From the NCBI GenBank assembly GCA_963806645.1, contig CAWDYQ010000002.1:395141-459140 (forward strand): a DNA stretch of 64,000 bases, in the 5' to 3' direction. The DNA is from Candidatus Bathyarchaeota archaeon. Lineage in GTDB: Archaea; Thermoproteota; Bathyarchaeia; Bathyarchaeales; Bathyarchaeaceae. The notes under the pieces were generated by a model. It was not told the DNA's origin. It was given only the letters and a program-made list of their open reading frames with translations, and did no database searches. Shown here piece after piece: positions 57,591 through 64,000 of this stretch. Positions within the stretch are counted from its first letter, which is position 1; the number at the start of each line of letters is the position of its first letter. Both the position numbers and the translations under genes were made by a program.

Positions 57591-57898
57591 ATATCGTCAA
57601 ATCCAACAAATGGGTGAGTTCAAACTAAACTTGAAGAAAAGTTTGGGATAACATTTTTTAACAATTGATAAAATATTTTGTGGCAATAGTAACGTCAATT
57701 GTGACTTAATTTATATAAAAAAAGGGTAAAATTATATTTTTTCCTAAAGTCACGAAAAAAGTTACTTATGCCTATAAATAATCACCCTTAATATAGAAAA
57801 TAATCAAAAGCCAAAATAAAGAACCAATATAAAGTTAAAAGTAAGTTTTCATCTAAGAAAATCCTTTAATAAATGGAGTATTTTATGGTTTGTTTATT

Positions 57899-57973
57899 GG
57901 GCTTGTAGCTCAGTTTGGCTGGAGCGTTCGGCTGATAACCGAAAGGTCGAGAGTTCAAATCTCTCCAGGCCCA
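57899..57973 (+). tRNA. tRNA-Ile(GAU), no intron, no encoded CCA
   Basis: Acceptor GGGCTTG/CAGGCCC, D arm GCTC/GAGC, anticodon arm TTCGG-CTGATAA-CCGAA, T arm GAGAG-TTCAAAT-CTCTC, discriminator A followed by CTTT. Confidence 0.9.
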
Positions 57974-58015
57974 CTTTTCAATTCACCTGGTCCACTTTAA
58001 AATATTTTTTAGTGG

Positions 58016-59203
58016 TTACTTGCGTTTTCGAAAAAGCATAATTTCTTCGGGTGTGGTGCAGATGTATTCGAATCCGTTTTCTATTAGTTGGCGTGCTTCC
58101 TCGCTGTTTTTGGTTGCTTTTGAGGTGTAGTCGTCTCCTTTGAAGTCGACGAGCTGAGTGTACTTGAGGGTGTTCATGATGTTTTTGTGTCCGAGTACAT
58201 TCATGACGTGTAAGATGTCTTTGGTTTTGTGGTATTCCATGGTGGCTTTCCAGTGACGGAAAGTGTGGAAGTGTATTTGAAGTAATCTTGGGTTCTGAAG
58301 TTTTCGGCTTAAGTTTGCTCTTTGTTTTTGGAATAGTCGTCTTTGGGTTCTAACGTGTTTGCAGAAGATTTTGTTTGAGGTTTTCTTTAATGCCATTAGT
58401 CGGCTTAGTAGTTTGTTTGAGAGTTTGAAGATTCTTGGTTTGCTTCCTTTTTCTGGAGTTATTCTTACTGTTCCTGCTTCTAGGTCTAGATCCGTCCATT
58501 TGAGGTCGTTTGCTTCTCCGCATCTTGCTCCGGTTTCTTTTAGGAGTTGAAGAAAAGTTGAGGTCTTTTTTCCGCATCCAGCTATTAGCTCATCTAGTTC
58601 TTTTTCTGTTGGTATGAACGGTAGTTTGAAAGTGACTTTGTATCTTGGGGGGTCCCATTTTTTGTTTTGCATTCTTAGGTAGGCGGTGTAGGCGTCTGCT
58701 GCGTTCATTTTTCTTTTGTTGCACCATTCTTGTTTGGCGATGGCTTCCTTGATGCTGTCCTGATCGTCTAGGTTTGCGCCGCGTTTTGTTAGAGTTTTTA
58801 GGAGTCTTTCTCTGGTAGAGATTGTAGAGGGTGCGTAGCCTTCTTTTTTCATCCACCATGCGAAATTGAATAGGAGAGATTTTGTTTCTAGGTCTGTTTC
58901 TGTGGCTCCCGCAAGCCTTTTTTCTGTTCGGGTTTCCACTTTGACCAAATTTTTCGCCGCCTTTGTCTTGCTGACGCAGATTTGGCAATTAGAAAGTAAG
59001 CTATAAGGTGTATTTAATGGCAATCTATAGTTAGTTTGAACAGGTTTAGGCTTATTTGAAGAGATTAAGTTTGTTTCGCTGAACCGGTAACCACAATCAC
59101 GACAGAAATGCCGTTGAATTTTTCCATGCTCTGTGTGTCTAGTCCCATCCTTCCATGTTTTAGTCGAGTTGCATTCTGGGCAGGTTGGAACCTGTTCTGT
59201 CAT
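58016..59203 (-). CDS. tyrosine recombinase/integrase with N-terminal zinc ribbon
   Basis: CPECNS..CRDCGY N-terminus. Catalytic region has R (ETGARCGE), HTFRHW, LGH and the tyrosine in NTLKYTQ. Confidence 0.8.
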   Translation of the reverse strand: MTEQVPTCPECNSTKTWKDGTRHTEHGKIQRHFCRDCGYRFSETNLISSNKPKPVQTNYRLPLNTPYSLLSNCQICVSKTKAAKNLVKVETRTEKRLAGATETDLETKSLLFNFAWWMKKEGYAPSTISTRERLLKTLTKRGANLDDQDSIKEAIAKQEWCNKRKMNAADAYTAYLRMQNKKWDPPRYKVTFKLPFIPTEKELDELIAGCGKKTSTFLQLLKETGARCGEANDLKWTDLDLEAGTVRITPEKGSKPRIFKLSNKLLSRLMALKKTSNKIFCKHVRTQRRLFQKQRANLSRKLQNPRLLQIHFHTFRHWKATMEYHKTKDILHVMNVLGHKNIMNTLKYTQLVDFKGDDYTSKATKNSEEARQLIENGFEYICTTPEEIMLFRKRK

Positions 59204-59214
59204 TTTTCTAAGCC

Positions 59215-59481
59215 TCAGGTATGAAGAAACAGACGCATTAATTGACCTGGTTTAGCTTCGAGTTTCCATCTTATTTCCCAAGGAACCGTTATTCGCCCAT
59301 CTATTGACAGTTTGGCGAAGAATTCTTCTTTATATGCGCTCCAATGGCTGGCTTGTTGTATTTTTATTCTTAAGAAACGGCCAGATTCCAGTTTGAATTG
59401 TTGTCTAATTTCTGTAGGTATTTGGATGCGATTTTCAGATTGTATCCGTGCTAGGAATTGTATTGTGTCATCTTTTGTCAA
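59215..59481 (-). CDS. tandem AbrB/SpoVT-domain protein
   Basis: 88 aa with two repeats of the looped-hinge motif (NRIQIPTEIRQQF and GRITVPWEIRWKL). TTG start after a GAGGTGA SD. Confidence 0.55.
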   Translation of the reverse strand: MTKDDTIQFLARIQSENRIQIPTEIRQQFKLESGRFLRIKIQQASHWSAYKEEFFAKLSIDGRITVPWEIRWKLEAKPGQLMRLFLHT

Positions 59482-59517
59482 CTTTTGTCATCTCACCTCA
59501 TCTTTTTTCAACTTTGT
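59468..59517. repeat. two about 20-bp direct repeats TCATCTTTT(G/T)TCAACTTT(T)GT
   Basis: Copies at 59468-59488 and 59498-59517, at or upstream of the AbrB-like gene start. Confidence 0.6.
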
Positions 59518-59670
59518 ACAACGTTGGACATCTTTCCTCAACGGGTGATATTGTTGCGTTAAGCCCTGTTTTTGAAAAGCAAGCAGGAAACAGCTTTGTT
59601 TTGATTCTTTGGTATTTTTTTCTGGCTGTCCTTCTTCTTCCACTAATAATTTACTTGTAAATTTTCAGGG

Positions 59671-61458
59671 TCATTGGGTCCATCTCCAGTAGCCTTCCGT
59701 ATCCATAGCCAGATCTCCGTTTTCAACCAGTTTTTCGAAGAGTTGTTCTGTTTCAAGTTGGGTTAATTTGGGATCAATTTGTTTGACTGTGTTTTCGAAG
59801 TTCTGTTGGGTACATTTTTCGAAGTTCTCTTTTAGCATCGTTTTTAAGTTGAATGTTCCTAGAATTTGTAGGTTTTCTTCGATAAGACAATTTTTAGGCT
59901 TATTTGCTGTTTTAGTGTCTGTTTTAGGCTCTAATGGGTCTAGAAAATATTCCTCTTTGAAAAGCTTCTCTAGGAAATGTTTTGTTAGATCGCATTTTGA
60001 GTTTAAACGATGTTTGTCTTTGTCTACTAAATTGTTGACTATGTAGATGTTTTTTTGGGAGGAATATTTTTTTAGGTTTTCTAGCCAGTTTTTGAGGTCT
60101 TTTTCGTGAAAGAAGGGCGTAGATTGTCGGAGCGAGTAATATAGACGACTTTCAGCCTTCTTTAAAGGATAAACCAGTCGTCTTCTTTTGTCTTCAGGGT
60201 CCTGTATGGTGTCAACCCAGCCGATGTCCCGTAATAATTCTATGTATTTGTAGACGCTTTTTTTGCTGACTTTTTCTGACATTGTGTTGTTGTGTTTCTC
60301 TACCAAGTCCTCGTAGTTTGCTGGATTTTCAAAAGGAACGATAATTTTGTGGTAAAAGGATACGATGTTTCCGGGTATTCCTGTTCTGGTTGTTTCTTCG
60401 AAGCTTTTTAGGAGTTCCAGTGCTGTCAAAAAGTCGTGGATGTTTGCCATCCAATAATAATTTTTGTTTAGCACTACGTATGCTCTGTTGAAGATGTTAA
60501 GCAGGCAGTTTAGTTCTATTAAGGCTATGAAGTGTAGGTAATCTCTCATGTCTCTGGACAGTGTTGAATGGTAAATGCTGCTTAGTTCTTTAGAATATGG
60601 GATTACTACATTATTTACTATGCAGAGTCTGCCGGTTAGTATGTCCAAGTATTCTTGGAGTTTGTTGAATTCTTGGTCTGTTTTTTGGTCAAATTTCCAC
60701 GGATAAGCTTTCTTTTCACCAATTAGGTTTATGGCTTCTTTGATTTTTTGTTGATCTAAATCTGGTGTAACAGTGAATCCTCTGGTCGCTAAATCTTCGA
60801 TGTATTTGGTGTCTGTAGTGCAGAAGATGCATGCTGGCCAGCCTTTGAGGACAACGTGCATGGTTCGTAGGGCTCCTCCTCCGGGTTTGTCTGTGAATTT
60901 GTAGCTGATCTGAGGAGCATCATGGCTAAGTACTGGTCTTAGTCGCATCAAAGTTTCTATATGAGGTGATTCCAGAAAAACTAGTATTTTTCCTTCCAAA
61001 TCTACAAGGTAGTATGCTCTTCTTAGTTTTGCTCTCCAGTTTTTTTGGGCTAAGTCGTAGGCTTTTTTGTCAAATTTTCCTTTGTCGTTGCTGTAGTCTT
61101 CTTTTTTTGGTCTGTCTTCTATTGGGTCGATCTCTTTTTTGGTTTCAGAGTCAATAAGAGTTCCAAAGTCGTGTACTAATGCTGTTGGGGATAGGCCTCC
61201 GAGCATCCAGATAAAATGTTGAGGAAAATAGCGGAGGGCTTGGATTACGTTGTATGTTTTTCCTATAGATGAAGGGCCTTTCAAAAACAGGTTTTGTGGG
61301 TTTTGAGAATAAGCGCTTAAAGCTGTTAAGAAGACCATTCTTTTGGTGGCCTGGTCTTTTTTTACTGTCTTGTCTAGATGGTTCATGTAGACGTTGAGAA
61401 GGTTTCTTGTTTTCTTTAATTGTAAAAAAGTTTCTTCTTGTGGGGTTTCGTTGATCAT
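59671..61458 (-). CDS. P-loop NTPase (SF3-helicase/replication-protein-like) with C-terminal wHTH
   Basis: 595 aa. Walker A GPSSIGKT, Walker B-like KILVFLES, CIFCTTD. wHTH-like KKSVYKYIELLRDIGWV. Confidence 0.5.
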   Translation of the reverse strand: MINETPQEETFLQLKKTRNLLNVYMNHLDKTVKKDQATKRMVFLTALSAYSQNPQNLFLKGPSSIGKTYNVIQALRYFPQHFIWMLGGLSPTALVHDFGTLIDSETKKEIDPIEDRPKKEDYSNDKGKFDKKAYDLAQKNWRAKLRRAYYLVDLEGKILVFLESPHIETLMRLRPVLSHDAPQISYKFTDKPGGGALRTMHVVLKGWPACIFCTTDTKYIEDLATRGFTVTPDLDQQKIKEAINLIGEKKAYPWKFDQKTDQEFNKLQEYLDILTGRLCIVNNVVIPYSKELSSIYHSTLSRDMRDYLHFIALIELNCLLNIFNRAYVVLNKNYYWMANIHDFLTALELLKSFEETTRTGIPGNIVSFYHKIIVPFENPANYEDLVEKHNNTMSEKVSKKSVYKYIELLRDIGWVDTIQDPEDKRRRLVYPLKKAESRLYYSLRQSTPFFHEKDLKNWLENLKKYSSQKNIYIVNNLVDKDKHRLNSKCDLTKHFLEKLFKEEYFLDPLEPKTDTKTANKPKNCLIEENLQILGTFNLKTMLKENFEKCTQQNFENTVKQIDPKLTQLETEQLFEKLVENGDLAMDTEGYWRWTQ

Positions 61459-61831
61459 TACCGGTTATCCTCGTTTTTGAGTTTTTGTCTGTAAATTCGG
61501 TCATGGTTTTTGTTGTAGAGCCAATAGCTATAGTTGTAGTCTTCACCGTGATATCGGGTGCTTATTGTGGCGTTGTTTTGTTTTAGAATGTGTAGGGCTC
61601 GGGTCCATTTTTCTTTCTGGTTGTCTTTTTGTTCTGTGACTTCAAAAGTTCCCAGTTTTTGGTATTGCGTTCCGTGTAGTTTAGGTTAAAGTTGGTTTCA
61701 GAAGCAGCTGGAATCTTTTGACTAACTATTCCGTGTTTTTGGGCGATTTGTTGTTTAAACTCATAACATGCGCTTTCTATTGCTGTTACAAACTCTAGAA
61801 AATTGGCTTCTAGTTTTTCTTCCAGGATCTT
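61458..61831 (-). pseudogene. ORF remnant: continues in frame past the TGA of the 61832-62050 gene, then needs one frameshift
   Basis: ...QQKMVKR-TGA-KILEEKLEANFLEFVTAIES...NTKNW in one frame. GTFEVTEQKDNQKEKWTRALHILKQNNATISTRYHGEDYNYSYWLYNKNHDRIYRQ in another. Ends with TAATG overlap onto the 595-aa gene. Confidence 0.5.
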
Positions 61832-62050
61832 TCACCTCTTAACCATTTTTTGTTGTGGTTGGTTGATCCAGAAAATCCAGCCTTTTGAAGTCTTTTGGCC
61901 GTTAATTTCTTCTTGAAGAAGCAGTTCTAGGCAATGTTTTAGTGCTGTGTTCCAGTTTCCGATTTTGCATTCTACTCTAATTGTTTCTATGCCCAAAGGA
62001 AGTTGGTTTGTTTTTAGGCAGTTTATTATTCTGTTTTTCGTTTCGTCCAT
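61832..62050 (-). CDS. small wHTH-like protein of the element
   Basis: 72 aa. May be the N-terminal part of a longer gene interrupted by TGA at 61832-61834. Confidence 0.4.
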   Translation of the reverse strand: MDETKNRIINCLKTNQLPLGIETIRVECKIGNWNTALKHCLELLLQEEINGQKTSKGWIFWINQPQQKMVKR

Positions 62051-62144
62051 CTCTCTGTTCGCCTTTTGTTCTAATGGACAAAATGGTTAACTTAACCACT
62101 CTCTGAAAGATGGCAGATCAAAGTTATATTCAGTTGAGGGACAT

Positions 62145-63210
62145 TTGGTGGTCACAAAAGCGTCAGTTGGTGACGGTTCCAAGGGGGATGAAGTTTCTTA
62201 TGATGTGCCTGAGGTGATAGTCAGGGAGCTTTCTAGTGGACCAAAAACTCCAAAGGAATTGAAAAATGCTGTTGTGGAATTTACTGGGGCTTGTGTTCGG
62301 GTTTATTATCGGCATCTGCATAAGCTTCAGGTTAGGCGTATTATTGAAGAAAAGGCTGAGATAAGCAGTATTGGTAAAGTAATTAGAAAATATGCTTTAA
62401 AAAAGCTTGATCTTCCAATGGATGTTGATCCGGTTACCTTACAGAGATTTCGTAAGCATGTATCTAATTTTTCTAAGGAGTATTGGGAGTTGAACACTTG
62501 GGTTGATTATAGTCCAAAAGGGTGGTCGTTTGCTGATGAAAATGATGAATTTATGGTTTATTTGATTCACTCATTTAATTGTGGTGACGCAGCTGTCTTG
62601 ATTTTCCAGGGATTGTAGAATACAACTTAGATCCTGATCGATATGTTTTTGATTGGCCTAATATTTTCAGGGAAGCCTTAAAGATTGTTTGTCCTATTCC
62701 CAGGTTTTTTAATCTTAAGAGAGTTTATCAAGCTAAATGTGTTCGAGACGTTAACAATTCTGAATCAAAGAAGTTTCCATTGTTTCTTGGGGTTAAAGGG
62801 TTTGTGAGTGTGGTGGTGTTAGACGGGCGGTCGCTGTTGTTGTCTGTAAAAGATCCAGTGGATCCTTCAGGTTTGTCGCGTAGAGTTTTTTCCATATTTT
62901 TCGGAGAAGTTGATTGATGAGTTAAATAGTGAATATAATTGTAGTGGGGTTCAAATTTTTAGTCCCGATGATGTTGGGTTGATGAGAAGGGCTGTGTTTT
63001 ATTTGGATGATGTTCTTGAGAAAAGGAGACTGCGTATTCCAACTAGGTATTCTTTGTTATTGGAGTGATCTTGGTTTGTTTAATTTTAGGTTTACTCCAC
63101 CAAGACCACGTAGTCTAGAGGAAGCATTGATGTTACGTGAATATATGGAAACTGGCGGCAATTTTGTTCATGCTTTAGCTGCAGCTGTTTCATTCTGGCA
63201 GATAGAGTAA
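62145..63210 (+). pseudogene. element gene (N-terminal wHTH-like), broken by at least 3 frameshifts
   Basis: 62145-62618 continues as GIVEYNLDPDRYVFDWPNIF...FFGEVD (next frame), then ELNSEYNCSGVQIFSPDDVGLMRRAVFYLDDVLEKRRLRIP, then the frame of 63007-63210. Confidence 0.5.
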
Positions 63211-63315
63211 ATCTTGATGAAAATAAACCTGTTAATCTAAAAAAACTAAAGTTTTAGTAAATATTGATTTTGTTGGGTTAAGTAATGTTTATGTCCGAAT
63301 TCAGACACATCTATT

Positions 63316-63575
63316 TGTATGGCTATTCATAAGCAGCGAATGCCAACCGACTCCACAAAGGTCTGCGGGAGTCTGCCAATCCTTAAAGATGCGTTGTGTG
63401 GTGAAGGCAAGCTAGTACGAGTATGCCAAAGAGCATCTCGACCTATATGTGCACCCAGACTTTTAGCAAACTAACCCACGAAGTATATCATGCGCTGCAC
63501 CAAACTTCTGGTGCAGCAGAAACAAATGCTGGACACACATTGCTTCAGACGCAGCTGTGTGCGGCCTATGGCCAA
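63316..63575 (+). ncRNA. rnpB: candidate RNase P RNA (compact)
   Basis: ORF-free, more GC-rich stretch. CR-I-like AAAGGUCUGCGGG (63356-63368) pairs with CR-V-like GCGGCCU (63560-63566), leaving a bulged U as in P4. A terminal helix (63316-63325 with 63567-63575) immediately flanks it. GGUGAAGG (63399-63406) and AAAGAGC (63427-63433) resemble CR-II/III. Perfect 9-bp hairpin at 63493-63516. Confidence 0.5.
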
Positions 63576-64000
63576 CTTAGAGATTAGTCGAATTGGAATA
63601 GAAAAAAGAGCATAAATATATTTTCGTATTTCGAAAAGGTTAATCTTAATGCACTATCCAGTTAATAACCAGTGCCAACAATAATTGAAAAGTCGTTTAG
63701 AGATTCAATGTAACGAAATTTAACCTTCCAATAATTCTGAAATCAGTTTATTGATTTCTTTCATTGATGGAATGGCAAACTTTAATTTCTTACGAGACAT
63801 CTGGTAATTCTACTACTTCTTCTGAAGCTTTTTCTTCCTTGATAACTAATTTTATTATGGAGCTCGTTTCCATTATCAAATTTTGGAATATTAAATTCGA
63901 ACGGTAATCGAGTAATGTCTCTTGGTCCAAATTTTCCTCTTGGTTGATGAGGTTTTATCATTTTATCAAGTGTTCAGAATTCAATATCGCTACTAATAAT

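Larger units (their letters stand above)
57974..63250. mobile_element. tRNA-Ile-adjacent integrated element (integrase, AbrB-like, P-loop replication-type protein, wHTH proteins), partly decayed; right border not defined
   Basis: The integrase stop lies 43 nt from the tRNA 3' end. Gene content is plasmid/provirus-like. Several element genes carry stops or frameshifts. I could not find an att direct repeat by eye. Confidence 0.6.

Noticed and set aside
62940-62970. GGGGTTCAAATTTTTAG, superficially like a tRNA T-arm. Considered as the missing att/tRNA fragment of the integrated element.
   Set aside because: The flanks are not complementary, so there is no T stem. It does not match the tRNA-Ile T arm (GAGAG-TTCAAAT-CTCTC). 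It lies inside a recognisable degraded coding frame.
63700-63970. Minus-strand fragments: MIKPHQPRGKFGPRDITRLPFEFNIPKFDNGNELHNK..., KLVIKEEKASEEVVELPDVS, MSRKKLKFAIPSMKEINKLISELLEG. These faintly recall C-terminal tails of DNA-methylase/restriction-type proteins.
   Set aside because: Three short pieces in different frames with a stop just upstream. Identity rests on a vague memory of a ..IP.FD..N..H motif, which is too weak to call more than a probable gene remnant.

Overview
AT-rich archaeal chromosomal segment. Evidence for archaeal origin: PolD small subunit, Orc1/Cdc6, PCNA, GINS, aIF5A with deoxyhypusine synthase, aIF2-alpha, SRP54, Rpo4/Rpo11/TFS, r-proteins L21e/L10e/L44e/S27e/L37e, Sm-like protein and intron-containing tRNAs. 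A class III RNR, desulforedoxin and several radical SAM genes suggest an anaerobe. Layout: (1) 1-23.4 kb holds replication, translation and RNA-processing genes plus nadA-nadC-nadB. Three of these genes (nadC, pus10, ksgA) each carry one frame break. (2) 23.4-26.3 kb holds a heavily frame-disrupted priL-priS primase pair between intact pcn and GINS. (3) 27.8-29.1 kb holds L44e-S27e-aIF2alpha. (4) 29.2-34.2 kb is an anaerobic RNR locus. Its first gene is an intact 741-aa wHTH + ATP-cone + NrdD-core protein that has lost the glycyl-radical motif and the cysteine sites. It sits upstream of nrdH-like and a complete nrdD, and both promoters share a motif. I consider this the best candidate for an undescribed regulatory system. 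(5) 34.5-43.4 kb holds two convergent operons of uncharacterised enzymes. One encodes two radical-SAM/SPASM proteins, a UPF0104 membrane protein and a PLP enzyme. The other encodes a 4xCBS protein with an HPF/RaiA-like tail, an untracked 40-aa desulforedoxin, a degenerate PP-loop protein, a Ddl-like ATP-grasp and a GNAT. (6) 43.5-52.9 kb has pyrB and pyrI separated by a PhoU-bracketed ABC importer island. (7) 54.9-57.1 kb holds acs and tRNA-Arg(UCG) with a non-canonical intron. (8) 57.9-63.3 kb holds tRNA-Ile followed by a decaying integrase-bearing integrated element. (9) 63.3-63.6 kb is a compact candidate RNase P RNA. I saw no rRNA genes and no CRISPR array. All protein calls rest on motif recognition by eye, not on database searches.
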